Assembly (NCBI GenBank): GCA_963793305.1
Contig: CAWBZV010000002.1
Span: 768,001-832,000, forward strand
Length of the DNA stretch: 64,000 bases
Direction: 5' to 3'
DNA from: an uncultured Gemmatimonadales bacterium
GTDB taxonomy: Bacteria; Gemmatimonadota; Gemmatimonadetes; Gemmatimonadales; Gemmatimonadaceae
Shown here one piece after another: positions 19,044-29,689 of the stretch. The position numbers and the translations under genes were made by a program. Under the pieces are notes generated by a model. It saw only the letters and a program-made list of their open reading frames with translations. It was not told where the DNA came from and searched no databases. Within the stretch, counting starts at the first letter, position 1, and every line of letters begins with the position of its first letter.

Positions 19044-20227
19044 TGCCGGCGCAGAGTACCCGTTTCGCAACGCTTCCCGAATATCCGCTCGCGAGCATCC
19101 CGCAAAAGAAACGGGATCTCTTGGCGCGCGGGGTCAACGTCATCGACCTGGGCGCGGGTGATGCGGATTTGCCCGCGCCGCCGGCGGTCCTCGAGCGCAT
19201 GCGGTCTGCCATCGCCGAGCCGGCGTTGAGTCGGTATGGATTCGGCCTTGGCTATCCGCCGTATCGCGAGGCGGCGGCGGCGTGGATGCAGAAGCGGTTC
19301 GGGGTCACGTTCGACCCATATCGCGAGATTGTCCCGTTGATTGGCTCGAAGGAGGGTCTTTCGCACCTCGCGTTCGGCTACCTGAATCACGGCAACGTCG
19401 CGATTGTCCCTGAGCCGGGCTACAACTCGTACATGGGCGGCACGCTGCTTTCGGACGCCACCAGGTACTCCTACGCATTGCGGCCGCGGACTCAGTTCTT
19501 GGTGGACCTGAATGACGTTCCCAAGGATGTGCTCGCGCGGACCCGGATTCTGTACCTCAACTATCCGAACAACCCGACGGCGGCAACGGCTCCATTGTCT
19601 TACTTGGAGGACATAGTTCGCCGTTGCCGGGAACTCGACATATTGTTGGTGTACGACAACGCTTATAGCGAGCTGGCATACGACGGGTATGTTCCGCCGA
19701 GCATTTTCGAGGTCAATGGGGCGCGCGAGGTGGCGATCGAGTTCCACTCGTTGTCGAAGACGTATAACATGACCGGTTGGCGCTGCGGATGGGCGGTTGC
19801 GCGGCCGGAGGTGGCGGGAACGCTGGCCAAGGTGAAGTCTTTTATCGACACGGGCCAGTTCATGGCGGTACAGGCGGCTGGGGTCGCCGCGCTCGAGAGT
19901 TGGGCGCAGTTCGTGCCGGGCAACGTGGCAACGTTCAAGGAGCGGCGCGACGCGGCGGTCGCGGCATTTCGAGAAGCCGGGTTTGCTTGCGAGGTTCCGC
20001 GCGCGGCTATGTACTTATGGATCCCCTTGCCGGAAGGCGTTTCCAGTGCGGAATTCGGTGACCGGTTGCTGCAGAAGGAGGGTGTGATAGTTATGCCGGG
20101 GTCTGCGTTCGGGCCGGGTGGAGAGGGGTTCTTCCGCGTGTCGTTCATCGTGTCGCCCGAGCGTATGCGCGAGGCGGCGCGCCGCGCAGGCGGCGTGCTG
20201 GCATCGTTCGAGGCACGGGCGGCGTAG
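19043..20227 (+). CDS. PLP-dependent aminotransferase class I/II (LL-diaminopimelate aminotransferase-like)
   Basis: LIGSKEG, LNYPNNPT, YDNAYSE, EFHSLSKTYNMTGWR, GEGFFRVS. Confidence 0.9.
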   Translation: MPAQSTRFATLPEYPLASIPQKKRDLLARGVNVIDLGAGDADLPAPPAVLERMRSAIAEPALSRYGFGLGYPPYREAAAAWMQKRFGVTFDPYREIVPLIGSKEGLSHLAFGYLNHGNVAIVPEPGYNSYMGGTLLSDATRYSYALRPRTQFLVDLNDVPKDVLARTRILYLNYPNNPTAATAPLSYLEDIVRRCRELDILLVYDNAYSELAYDGYVPPSIFEVNGAREVAIEFHSLSKTYNMTGWRCGWAVARPEVAGTLAKVKSFIDTGQFMAVQAAGVAALESWAQFVPGNVATFKERRDAAVAAFREAGFACEVPRAAMYLWIPLPEGVSSAEFGDRLLQKEGVIVMPGSAFGPGGEGFFRVSFIVSPERMREAARRAGGVLASFEARAA

Positions 20228-20233
20228 GGCATT

Positions 20234-21106
20234 ATGCGACGTTGGCGGCGGCCCTCCGCGGCACTGGCGCTCTCTCTCGTCCTGCACGTCGTGCTGGGCG
20301 CGGGAATCCTCGCCCTCCTCATCATGCCGCACACAGCCGCCAATTGGCTGCATCTGACCAGGGGCGAGCCGGCTGTCGTCGAGCGCATCGGGTTCGTCGC
20401 CATGCCCAAGACGGGCGCTCAGACGAACCCTGGGAAGGCTGGTGGCGACGACCGGCCGGTATCAAAGACGAAGCCCAAGGAGCTCGTCGCGCCTCTAGAG
20501 ACTCCAAACACCTTGCCGACGGCTCCCGCGAATCCCACGACGCCGGCGCAGCCCGAAGGTGGTGCTGGCAAGGTCATCGGACAGGGCGGGGCGACGGAGG
20601 GCATAGCGCCCATTTACTCGGACCCGCGCCCGTGGGTCCCGCCTGCCTCGGTGCCAACGGCACCCAAGACGGTGCCGCAGCGCTACGACTCGGCGCTCGC
20701 GGGCATGGTCAAGGCGCACAACGACAGCCTCGCGGCTCTTGGCACTGAGCGGGAGCCGGGCGACTGGACGTTCGGGAAGAACAAAGATTGGGGCATCAAT
20801 CAGAAGTGGATCAAACTGGGCCCCGTCCAGCTGCCAACGGCGTTGCTCGGACTTCTGCCGCTCAACGCCACCGGGAATCCGGTGCTATCTCAGCGCGAGG
20901 CTCAGCTGAATGCGATGCACAATGATATCGCGTATCACGCTTGGCAGGGGATGAACGAGGATCAGTTCCGGCAGGCGGTGAAGGAGCTGCGCCAGCGCAA
21001 AGATCGCGAGCGGCAACTACAGCAGAATGAGAAGCCGAAGGACGACAATACCACGCCGACGCTCGCCAACAGCAGCCAGCACGACCCGGTAATCCCGCAG
21101 CCGTAA
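20234..21106 (+). CDS. Hypothetical single-TM protein with Pro-rich linker (TonB-like N-terminus)
   Basis: SLVLH TM motif, Pro/Thr-rich spacer, no recognisable TonB C-domain. Confidence 0.7.
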   Translation: MRRWRRPSAALALSLVLHVVLGAGILALLIMPHTAANWLHLTRGEPAVVERIGFVAMPKTGAQTNPGKAGGDDRPVSKTKPKELVAPLETPNTLPTAPANPTTPAQPEGGAGKVIGQGGATEGIAPIYSDPRPWVPPASVPTAPKTVPQRYDSALAGMVKAHNDSLAALGTEREPGDWTFGKNKDWGINQKWIKLGPVQLPTALLGLLPLNATGNPVLSQREAQLNAMHNDIAYHAWQGMNEDQFRQAVKELRQRKDRERQLQQNEKPKDDNTTPTLANSSQHDPVIPQP

Positions 21107-21135
21107 TCCCACAGGCGGCTTGGTTTGAAAACACG

Positions 21136-21168
21136 CGGGGCCAGCTGGGTTCTTCGCAGCTGGCCCCG
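21136..21168. terminator. GC-rich hairpin between convergent genes (probable terminator)
   Basis: cggggccagctg / 9-nt loop / cagctggccccg perfect 12-bp stem. Confidence 0.65.
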
Positions 21169-21239
21169 TCTTGCGTTGTGAGCGGACGCGAAGCGCCGCG
21201 TAATTTCTATCGGCCAGTGTCAGCCGCGCTGTCCAGCAA

Positions 21240-21956
21240 TCAGGCGGCGTCCGCCGGATGCCCGACGCCGGCAGCCATAACCTCGCCTTCCTCCTCGTCT
21301 TCCATACGACGCCGATGCGCCGTCTCCGGATTGGCCTCCGCGTCGTAGAACGGCCTGAACACCCCGCAGATGACGCCGAGCACGGCGAAATCGTCGTGCG
21401 GCCCAACGACGATCTCCCGCTCGCCGCTACCGGCGGGTTCAAGCACGATCGACGCCCCGCGGTGCGTCAGCGTCTTCACCGTCGCATCCCCGCCGATCCG
21501 CGCCGCGACGACCTGTCCGTCACTAGCCCTCACAGACGGATTGACGAGGACGTAATCGCCATCGTGTATCCCGCGCCCTGTCATGCTGTCGCCCTTGATG
21601 CGCAAGAAGTAGACGTTGTCATTCGGCACAAACCGTCTGTCAACGGTCAAGTACCCCTGCCGATACTCGGGGACCAAGCTCGGCTCACCCGCATGGATCT
21701 TCCCGTACACGGGCACCGGTTGCGTCCGCCCAGCGGCGGCAAATCCAAGGAGTCGCACACCTCGCGATCGCGACGGATCGCGCTCGATGTAGCCTTTCTC
21801 GGCGAGCGACTGCAGGAGATCGGACACCGTCTTCGTCGATTTGATACGAAAACGTTTGCCAATCTCCCGAATGCTCGGCTGGTATGTGTTTTCGGCGAGA
21901 AAGTCGATGAGGTAGTGGTAGACTTTCCGCTCGATTGGAGTCAGGGGTTCGGCCAT
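21240..21956 (-). CDS. lexA: SOS repressor LexA
   Basis: YQPSIREIG HTH, Ala-Gly cleavage site (IHAGEP), catalytic Ser (GDSM) and Lys (ATVK). Confidence 0.93.
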   Translation of the reverse strand: MAEPLTPIERKVYHYLIDFLAENTYQPSIREIGKRFRIKSTKTVSDLLQSLAEKGYIERDPSRSRGVRLLGFAAAGRTQPVPVYGKIHAGEPSLVPEYRQGYLTVDRRFVPNDNVYFLRIKGDSMTGRGIHDGDYVLVNPSVRASDGQVVAARIGGDATVKTLTHRGASIVLEPAGSGEREIVVGPHDDFAVLGVICGVFRPFYDAEANPETAHRRRMEDEEEGEVMAAGVGHPADAA

Positions 21957-22052
21957 GCGGAGCCTCGGGAGAGAAAAGATCAGGCGCTCAAATGCGATAC
22001 AGCAGTTCACTATGTTTGCGGCGCCCAATGTAAGGTTCGGCTCGGCAAGCGG

Positions 22053-23523
22053 TCAATAAGAGCCTTCTTTTGTTATCCACGAAATTGCTGTCTGAATTCT
22101 CGACAGCGACATGTCGCGCCCGAGCATCAGTAGTACATTAAATATGCCCGGACTGACAGTTAACCCCGTCAAAGCGACACGGAGTGGCTGGAAGAGCTTC
22201 CCGTCCTTGAGACCCATTTGCTGCGCTAGCGAGCGCAACTGATGCTCGAGAGCCTCTGCCGACCAGGCGGTGATGCCGGTCAATCTGTCGCGAATCCCGA
22301 TAAGTACGGTGAGAATTTCCTCCCGGTCACGCCATTGTTTCGCCACCGCTTCGGGATCGTATTCAATGCTATCTCGCAAATAGGGAATAGCTTGGCGCAC
22401 GATGTCGTCTATTGTGCGCGCGCGGACGCGCAGCAAATCGAGGAGCTGGAGGTACCACGCGTTTCTCGCGTCGAGCTCCTCCTTCGTCACCAATCCCGCC
22501 TTCACGAGCGCTGGTGTTACCAACGGGGCCAGTTCTGTAACGGGCATTCGAGACGAGATGCTGACCGTTCATCCATTCCAGCTTGGTTGGATCGAACACG
22601 GCTGGTTTTTTTTGCAGCCCATCTGGAGAGAACAACTCGATCATCTCCGCTCGCGTCATGATCTCCCGATCACCGCCCGGCGACCACCCGAGCAGCGCTA
22701 AAAAGTTGATCATCGCGTCGGCGAGAATGCCTTCGTGTTGGTAATCCCCGACCGCCGTGGCGCCGTGCCGTTTGCTCAGCTTCTTCCCGTCCATCCCGAG
22801 GATCATCGGGAGGTGCGCGAATGTGGGAAGCGGGGCGCCGAGCGCTTCATATAGAAGGATCTGCTTCGGCGTGTTCGATATATGGTCGTCGCCGCGCATC
22901 ACGAGTGTGATGCCCATGGCGACGTCATCGGACACGACGGCCATGTTGTACACTGGCGTCCCATCCGAACGCAGGATCACGAAGTCATCGAGATCCTTGT
23001 TGGGGAACGCAATGCGCTCGTGCACCATGTCCACCCACGCGGTCACCCCCTCATCGGGCACGCGAAACCGAATCGCGAATGGCTCGCCGCTGTGCACGCG
23101 CCGCTCCACTTCCTCTCGCGTCAGGCGATCACAGCGCCGATCATATCGGAACGCCTCTTTCTTCGCGTCGGCCGCCTTCCGCCGCTCTTCGAGCTCGGCG
23201 GGCGTACAGAAACATCGATACGCGTGGCCGCTAACCAGCAGCCTGTCGGCGTCTCTCCGATGCCGCTCGAGATTCGCGCCTTGATACACGGGCTCCTCAT
23301 CCCACGTGAGCCCGAGCCACTCCATGCCTTCGAAGATGGCCCGCGTACTCTCGTCGGTACTCCGCGCCTTGTCGGTATCCTCGATGCGCAGCAGCATGGT
23401 CCCGCCATAGCGCTTCGCATACAGCCAATTGAAGAGCGCAGTCCGCGCGCCGCCGACGTGCAAATATCCGGTCGGCGACGGCGCAAATCTGAGCCGTGGC
23501 CGGCCGGTGTCAGGTGTGCCCAT
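22053..23523 (-). CDS. gltX: Glutamate--tRNA ligase, interrupted by a +1 frameshift near 22554 (probably assembly error)
   Basis: RFAPSPTGYLHVGGAR, KLSKRHG; C-terminal anticodon domain continues in ORF 22053..22547 (FQPLRVALTG...SPGI); deleting one base gives NGQHLSRMPVTEL. Confidence 0.93.
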
Positions 23524-23546
23524 GTTGTTATGAGGTGGAGGTCCTA

Positions 23547-23637
23547 CGGAGTGGGAGGGATTCGAACCCTCGATACAGGTTTTCGCCCGTATAACGGTTT
23601 AGCAAACCGCCGCCTTCAGCCTCTCGGCCACCACTCC
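23547..23637 (-). tRNA. tRNA-Ser(GCT)
   Basis: GGAGTGG acceptor, anticodon loop TTGCTAA, long variable arm, GGTTCGAATCC. Confidence 0.95.
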
Positions 23638-23672
23638 AACTATTTCGTCTCGTGTAACTTACACGCTCACTA

Positions 23673-24146
23673 TCAGGGCGCTACCCCGCTGTCGAGTTGC
23701 ACGGTACGAAGCATCGTCCAGAACACGGCCAGGTCGTGCGAGTCAGAGGAGACCCCGCCAACCGTCAGTGTCAGACTTCCTGGCTGGTTCGACCACTGCG
23801 CGCCGACCCACGTCGAGGAGGTGCCAGCGTGCCAGGTTACGAATGCAGGCCTCCCGCCTACGTTCAACCGGCACACCGCGTCGCCTTCGGCCGTACCACG
23901 TGTCACATCATCGTGGTAGCCATAGTTGGCGACGAAATGCCGGCCGCCATCGACCCAGCTTTCTCCACCATGAATCGAGTGGTACGCCATCGACGAATCT
24001 GGCTTGAAGGTCGGCGGCGCCCCGAACCAGGGATGCGATGCGGATTGAATGCGTTGCCATCCAGCAGTGTCCACGAGCGGCGGCGGCGAGCACGCCGGTA
24101 GCCCATGTCGCGATGCACTCGCGCATCCGGATCCGATAGCTAGCAT
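23673..24146 (-). CDS. Hypothetical exported protein/lipoprotein (start uncertain)
   Basis: Natural-looking composition; possible lipobox GSGC; ends FWTMLRTVQLD. Confidence 0.45.
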   Translation of the reverse strand: MLAIGSGCASASRHGLPACSPPPLVDTAGWQRIQSASHPWFGAPPTFKPDSSMAYHSIHGGESWVDGGRHFVANYGYHDDVTRGTAEGDAVCRLNVGGRPAFVTWHAGTSSTWVGAQWSNQPGSLTLTVGGVSSDSHDLAVFWTMLRTVQLDSGVAP

Positions 24147-24225
24147 GCAGCCGAACGCGAGTGGCGTACCCCCGTGCCAGCATCGCGCGGCGAAAGTCTG
24201 CAACGCTCGTATCGCGCGCGGACGC

Positions 24226-24411
24226 CTAGCGATCGCCGCGGTCCTCGCCGAGCAACTTCGCGACCGTCCCAGCCGGTAGCGAGAGCTCCTCTGGCGAGGG
24301 CCAATCCGCCAGTGGGTCACCTCGGTGAATCGCGGGGCCGGATGCCACGAGCGCCGCATAGTGGCAGCGGCTCAGGTTGTTCTTCAAGTCGCGAATGCCG
24401 GTCGAGATCAT
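24226..24411 (-). pseudogene. Internally deleted Phd/YefM-type antitoxin
   Basis: MISTGIRDLKNNLSR is a Phd N-terminus; central beta strands (VTDRG.PVA) missing; ends LLGEDRGDR*; no toxin gene follows. Confidence 0.65.
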
Positions 24412-24497
24412 GAACAGAATGTAGCGCCGTGTGACCACCGGCCGCCGTGTCCGCATTCTGGCGCTTGCCTAAGAATGGTGGCGTCGTATATTGCCAA

Positions 24498-24858
24498 ATG
24501 GCTATATACGCGGGGCGACGGAAACCGGCGGCGCCTGATCGCCTCAGCGCGATCTTCGGTGCGCTGTCCGATCCGACGCGGCGGGCCATTCTCGATCGCC
24601 TGCGGAAGCGACCGCATTCGGTGATGGAGCTCGCCGCACCGTTCGACATGACGCAGCCGTCGATCTCCAAGCACCTCAAAGTGCTGGAGCAGGCGAGGCT
24701 GGTCGTACGGGGCAGGGATGCGCAGCTCCGCCCGCGTGCGCTCAGGCCCGAGTCGCTTGAAGGAAGCCAACGCGTACCTCGAGCGCTTCCGCACTCTCTG
24801 GGAGGCGCGCATCGATCGGCTCCAACACTACCTCGCCAAGCTGCAATCCGACCAATGA
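24498..24858 (+). CDS. ArsR/SmtB family regulator, +1 frameshift near 24757
   Basis: FGALSDPTRRAIL, SISKHLKVLEQA; shifted frame continues KEANAYLERFRTLWEARIDRLQHYL to TGA 24856-24858. Confidence 0.85.
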
Positions 24859-25557
24859 CCACATCACGCGCTGTCGTTCTCGCCCTCGGCGGGATCCTGA
24901 TGCAAGCCGCGCCCGCCGGCGCGCAGCGTCCCGAACGTCACTCCGTACCTCATGGACCGCGCGGCGGAGGTCAGCCTCGCACGATCCGCGGCCCCGCGGA
25001 CCATCGCTGATGCCGTGACGGTGCTCGTCCTCACGCGCACGGGATATGTCGAGGCGGTGTCCGGCACCAACGGCTTTACCTGCCTGGTGCTCCGCTCGTT
25101 CTCCGGACCCGCAACCGATGCGGGCTTCGCGAAAGATCCGGGCTTCTGGAACCCACACGTCCAGTCGCCCTACTGCGCCAATCCACCGGCCGCGCGCACC
25201 GTACTCCCGCCGATGCTCGCCAGCGTCCAATGGCTGTTGAGCGGCGCGAGCCCGGTCGCCGCGGACGAGCGCTTCCGGCAAGCGTACGCCTCGCACCAGT
25301 TCCCGAGCCCAGCGCCGGGCGCCATGGCGTACATGCTGTCGTCGCACCAGTACCTGACCGAGAACGACCCGCACTGGATGCCACACCTCATGTTCTACTT
25401 CGACCGGTCGCTGCCAGTCGCAACGTGGGCCGCTGGCGGCCCGTCGGCCGCGGTGATCGACGCCGACGCGGGGGACCCGACTGCCCCGATACTCACGTTA
25501 CTCGTTCCGGTGCGGCAATGGTCAGACGGCACAAGCGCAGCGACGCGCTCGAGGTAA
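24855..25557 (+). CDS. Hypothetical exported protein, +1 frameshift near 24934
   Basis: Signal peptide from ATG 24855; joins ORF 24952..25557 (EVSLARSAAP, GTNGFTCLVLRS, AMAYMLS, HWMPHLMFY). Confidence 0.7.
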
Positions 25558-26012
25558 AATTCTCGCGCCTCCTCAATGCGCCGCGCGATCTGGTGTGGCG
25601 CATGTGGAGCGAGCTCCCGCACGTCCACGAGTGGTATGGGCCGGACGGATTCACGACCACGACCCTCGAGTTCGACTTCGTGCCGGGCGGCGTGTGGCAG
25701 CATGTCATGCACGGTCCCGACGGCACCGACTACCCAACGCGGATCGTCTTTCGCGAAATCGATCGACCGTCGCGACTGGTCTACGACAACCGCTGGGAGC
25801 TACCCGGCGTGCCGCTCGACTTTCGCGTGGTCGTCACGTTCGAAGCCAGAGGGAGCAAGACGGAGCTCTCGCTCCACATGATCTTCCCGAGCGAGGATGC
25901 GTTGCGGATCGCGGTCGAGCGCTATGGCGTGCTCGACGGAGGCACGCAGACGCTCGACCGCATGGCCCGCGTCTTGGATGAGCGCGCCGACCGCGAGGCC
26001 AGCCAGCGCTAG
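25518..26012 (+). CDS. SRPBCC/AHSA1 domain protein
   Basis: APRDLVWRMWS, WYGPDGF, FDFVPGGVW...MHGPDG; typical partner of ArsR. Confidence 0.85.
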   Translation: MVRRHKRSDALEVKFSRLLNAPRDLVWRMWSELPHVHEWYGPDGFTTTTLEFDFVPGGVWQHVMHGPDGTDYPTRIVFREIDRPSRLVYDNRWELPGVPLDFRVVVTFEARGSKTELSLHMIFPSEDALRIAVERYGVLDGGTQTLDRMARVLDERADREASQR

Positions 26013-26390
26013 GGCCGTGCTCGAGAGACCAAGTGCGAGCGCGGAACCGACGCCGAGGTCAGGAGTGGCGAGGCTCGTGATGAAGTTGTCGAAGCTGAGG
26101 GCCGCCGCCAGCAGGAAGAGCGTTGCGTCGCGCGAGGTGCGGCGGCGCAGCCAGCCCAGGGCGAAAACCAGGAGCAGATAGCATCCCAGTGACGCGGGGC
26201 CCGGCACGTGAGGCACGGCCGCGGTCGGAACGAATACGTGGGCGCCGAGCCAGCTCGCGAGTCCATCGCACGTACCGAGCGCGAATGCGAAATCGCGGCG
26301 CTCGCGCCAGTTCCGTGCGACGAGGCCGAGCGGAATCGAGACGACGAGACTGTCGAGTCCCAACTGGGACGCCAATGCGATGAGAGTCAC
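25800..26390 (-). CDS. MntP/DUF204-like membrane protein, 3' end probably truncated and running into SRPBCC gene
   Basis: LGLDSLVVS and ALSFDNF repeats characteristic of MntP; C-terminus overlaps opposite gene. Confidence 0.55.
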   Translation of the reverse strand: MTLIALASQLGLDSLVVSIPLGLVARNWRERRDFAFALGTCDGLASWLGAHVFVPTAAVPHVPGPASLGCYLLLVFALGWLRRRTSRDATLFLLAAALSFDNFITSLATPDLGVGSALALGLSSTALALAGLAVGALIQDAGHAVERLRASVEHAIALDRDPQRILAREDHVERELRLAPSGFERDDHAKVERHAG

Positions 26391-26399
26391 GAACGCCTC

Positions 26400-29300
26400 C
26401 TAGAGACCGAACACGGTGACCTGCCCGTCGCCCCCGACATAGATCTTTCCGCCGACGACCGTGGGCTCGATCATGGGTGCGCCGCCGGTGTTCCCCCACG
26501 GACCGGCGTCCTTATCCAAAAGCTTCGACCGTAGGTCGGTGGCATCGTAGGCACGGAGACCGAGGCGCCCCGCGCTCCACTCACGCACGATCGCCCAGAG
26601 TACCGCCGTCCCGGCCATCTGGCCGTTCGATGAGACGACCGGTGTGGCGCCGCTCTCGGCCGCTCCGGGGAACGAGTCCGCCGCGGTGTTCGGCATCCCA
26701 CCGACGATCGAGGGCGAGAGCGCGACTCCGTTGAAATTGAACGCGCGAAGCGTCCCATCGTTGCCGCAGTAATAAATGAACGCGCCGCCCGGGCCAGAGA
26801 AGAACGCCGGACCGCCCCACGGACCGATCTGATTGTTCGGCACAGTCCCAGGGTTCAAAACCAGCGTCTGCACCGCATTCGCGTTCGCGCCGTATGTCCC
26901 CGACGCGGACGGTCCGCTGTACCCACCGAGCGCGCTCCGATCGAGCAGCATCATGTTCCCGTCCTTGCCGCAGGAGAGGAGGAGCGGACGCTGACCGGTC
27001 GGATTGTCGGGCAGGATGAGCACACCGCCCGAGCCCAAGTCAATGTCACCGCCGAACAATTGGGACTGGTCCGCTGGCGTGAACCAACTGGCGACCGTGA
27101 GGTTGGTCGTCAGCTTCAGCACGGTGTCGCCGTAATCGCGTCCCCCGGTGTTCACGGTGAAATCGCCGTTCGCCGTGTTGAGGTAGATGAATCCCTGCGG
27201 ATCGCTCGCCGGTCCGATTCCCCCCTGCCAGATGCCACCCTCCTGGCCATCGGGCGTCGTGCAGAACGCCGCGACCTGCGCCAGCAACGTCTTGTCGTAA
27301 CCCATGATCCATCCGTGCCACGTGTCGTTGTCGCAATGGCTGCCGAACGCGACATAGATGGTGTTGTTCACGAGGAGCAGAGCCGGACGGTTCAATTGCC
27401 ACTGCGCCGAAAACTCGACGTTGCCCTTGCCATCGCTCGGCTGCGCCGACCCTGGATAAGTCGCTGTGATCTCGACCGGGCTGCCCGGGCGCTCGGCCCC
27501 GCTCGTCAAGTCGAGTGCGTGCAGGCGATACCGAAGTGTCATCGAGCTGCCAGACCCGCTGGCAGTCTTTGCCACGGCGTAGAGCGTGCGGCTCGAGCAA
27601 TCGATGACCGGCGTGCTCGTGATGCCGACCAGCGGAGCCACGTTGTTACAGCCGCCAATGTCGGCGACCGGCATCGCGGACTCGCCCGGCTGGACCAGCG
27701 CGACCTGCCACAGCGGCTGACCCCCAACGTCCGCGTCGAACGCATAGATGCTGTCGTTCTCGGTGGCGACGTAGAGCACGTTGTGCGCCCCCTGACCCGC
27801 CACATTCACGTGGTGGACATAGAGCGGCTGCGCGTACACCTGGGCATCGACGGTGAGGGCGAAGAGTTGCGAGACGGACGGGACGTTGGTAACGGTCAGG
27901 GTCGTCTCGTATGGCCGCCATCCGGTGCGCGCGACGTCGAAATGCTGCGTCAGGTAATTGAGCGTTGCGTTGCTGACGACCGTGGCACCCTCGCCGTACG
28001 CCGTAATCACCGCGCACAAGCGCTGCCGCGCCCGCACCACATCGTTGACGTGCAGCATGCCCGACAGCTGGACCTCGACCAATGTCGCGCCGGCGATGGC
28101 CGAGCCTCTCCAGGCACCATTCACTTCGACGTCGACGTGGGCGCCGGGAATCACGTGGATGACCGTCACGCTCCGCATGCAATCATCGACAGGCGCCGCG
28201 ATCATCGGCGGCGCAATTCTCGGCACCCGCCGGACCAACACATGGTTGGACTGAATCGGCGTCCCGCCACACGCGACTTCGGTGGCGAAGACGTGATCGC
28301 CCAGGATGAGCTGCGGCGAGACCGGGATGTCGGCAAACGTGCCGGAGACGACCTGCCATCCGATCTCGCCGCCGAGCAACTGCGAGTGCACCGCGACCGC
28401 CGACCCCGGCGTCACGTTCGTCACGCGCACGACCGCGCCACACGCGTACAACGGTCCGGGGACATGCGGATTCGGAATGCTCGCTGGACGGGGATTGACG
28501 GTCACGCCCGGCGACGCCGCGCTCCAGAATGAACAGAGTTGCTGCTCCGCCGTCACGACTGCATTCGCCGCGAGCGGCGGAACGATGATCTCGGCTGTCG
28601 CATTGCCAGCGCCGCCTTCGGCGATCACGGCACCGTTTGCGAGTACGCGAAGGTCGCACCCGGGTGTGAGACCCGAGATCGGCACGATCGTGGTTCCCGC
28701 GCAGAGCGGGCCCACCACGGTCGGTACAGGCACGGGCCGCGCCGGACCGACCTTCGCATGCGTCTTCGGGCTGTGACTGCCGCACGGTGGGAACGCCTGC
28801 TCGGCGGTCACCGTCTCGTTCAGCACCAGCGGAGCGACAGTGAAATACTCGGCCGTGTAGTCGAAGCAGCCGCCGGCTGGCGGGCCCGCGGTGCGCGTTA
28901 GGGTCACGACCGCGCCGTCGAGGACGTTGCTGACCGTGACGCTCCGCTCACACTCCTTGAGCGGGGTGTCGATGGTCGGCGTGGGGAGCGCCTGCTCCCT
29001 CGGCCACGGCGACGGCGTCGGCCCCGGCGTCATCGTCCCCACTATTCCGCACGCGGTCTGCTGTGCGCTCACCGTCTTGCTGGACGACAGCGGCACCGAC
29101 AGCCCGAGCCTGACCGTGCCATCGATCGAGCTGCCGGTCGCGGCGGGCGCGCCACCGACCCAAACGTTGACGGTCGCGCCCGGCACCATGCCGTCGAGGT
29201 GCAGACACTGGCCGCAGTTCCAGAGCTGACTCGAAAACCCCACCGTGCCCACCACGGGAGGCTTCTTCTGCACGATGACGCCATCCGCGGGCGGCGTCGC

Positions 29301-29528
29301 CGGGCTCGTACTGCCGCCGAACGTCTGCTTGGCGGTCACGACATGGCCCGCAATCAGCGGCGCGGTCAACGGAAAGACTTCGTCGCTCCACGTCGCGACG
29401 CCGCCGCCGACGTGCACGCCGTTCGCGAAAATCGCGACCGTCGCGCCAATGAGTTGGTTCTGGACGCGCGCCTGCGTGCTGCACTCCGACAGCGGCGCGA
29501 CAACGAGCGGTGGCGTAAGGGGAGGCAT
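26400..29528 (-). CDS. 1042-aa protein: six Cys-containing Ig-like repeats plus C-terminal PQQ-like beta-propeller
   Basis: Repeats P..PL..C...V.V....PGA.V.V..NG...V.A.Q..C; propeller part VYAQPLYV, YVATENDSIYAFDA, GITSTPVID, DIDLGSGG. Confidence 0.85.
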   Translation of the reverse strand: MPPLTPPLVVAPLSECSTQARVQNQLIGATVAIFANGVHVGGGVATWSDEVFPLTAPLIAGHVVTAKQTFGGSTSPATPPADGVIVQKKPPVVGTVGFSSQLWNCGQCLHLDGMVPGATVNVWVGGAPAATGSSIDGTVRLGLSVPLSSSKTVSAQQTACGIVGTMTPGPTPSPWPREQALPTPTIDTPLKECERSVTVSNVLDGAVVTLTRTAGPPAGGCFDYTAEYFTVAPLVLNETVTAEQAFPPCGSHSPKTHAKVGPARPVPVPTVVGPLCAGTTIVPISGLTPGCDLRVLANGAVIAEGGAGNATAEIIVPPLAANAVVTAEQQLCSFWSAASPGVTVNPRPASIPNPHVPGPLYACGAVVRVTNVTPGSAVAVHSQLLGGEIGWQVVSGTFADIPVSPQLILGDHVFATEVACGGTPIQSNHVLVRRVPRIAPPMIAAPVDDCMRSVTVIHVIPGAHVDVEVNGAWRGSAIAGATLVEVQLSGMLHVNDVVRARQRLCAVITAYGEGATVVSNATLNYLTQHFDVARTGWRPYETTLTVTNVPSVSQLFALTVDAQVYAQPLYVHHVNVAGQGAHNVLYVATENDSIYAFDADVGGQPLWQVALVQPGESAMPVADIGGCNNVAPLVGITSTPVIDCSSRTLYAVAKTASGSGSSMTLRYRLHALDLTSGAERPGSPVEITATYPGSAQPSDGKGNVEFSAQWQLNRPALLLVNNTIYVAFGSHCDNDTWHGWIMGYDKTLLAQVAAFCTTPDGQEGGIWQGGIGPASDPQGFIYLNTANGDFTVNTGGRDYGDTVLKLTTNLTVASWFTPADQSQLFGGDIDLGSGGVLILPDNPTGQRPLLLSCGKDGNMMLLDRSALGGYSGPSASGTYGANANAVQTLVLNPGTVPNNQIGPWGGPAFFSGPGGAFIYYCGNDGTLRAFNFNGVALSPSIVGGMPNTAADSFPGAAESGATPVVSSNGQMAGTAVLWAIVREWSAGRLGLRAYDATDLRSKLLDKDAGPWGNTGGAPMIEPTVVGGKIYVGGDGQVTVFGL

Positions 29529-29639
29529 AGCGGTTCCTCGTCGCTCCCACGTTAAGCGCCACGTTCGCGACCGCTAGGGCTGATTCAGGACAGATTGGGG
29601 CACAATCCTGTCAACGGACTCGTCTTTTATGGCATCCCA

Positions 29640-29674
29640 GCCGGCGGGACGCCGGAGGACGACGTCCCGCCGGC
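29640..29674. terminator. 12-bp perfect inverted repeat downstream of the minus-strand OMP-like gene
   Basis: gccggcgggacg / 11-nt loop / cgtcccgccggc; no clear U-tract. Confidence 0.45.
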
Positions 29675-29689
29675 CAAGCTTTGCGTCGA

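Noticed and set aside
22053..23523. gltX and trxA as true pseudogenes or programmed frameshifts
   Set aside because: Both halves are otherwise intact, gltX is essential, no slippery site is evident, and similar single-base indels recur across the window; assembly error is more likely.
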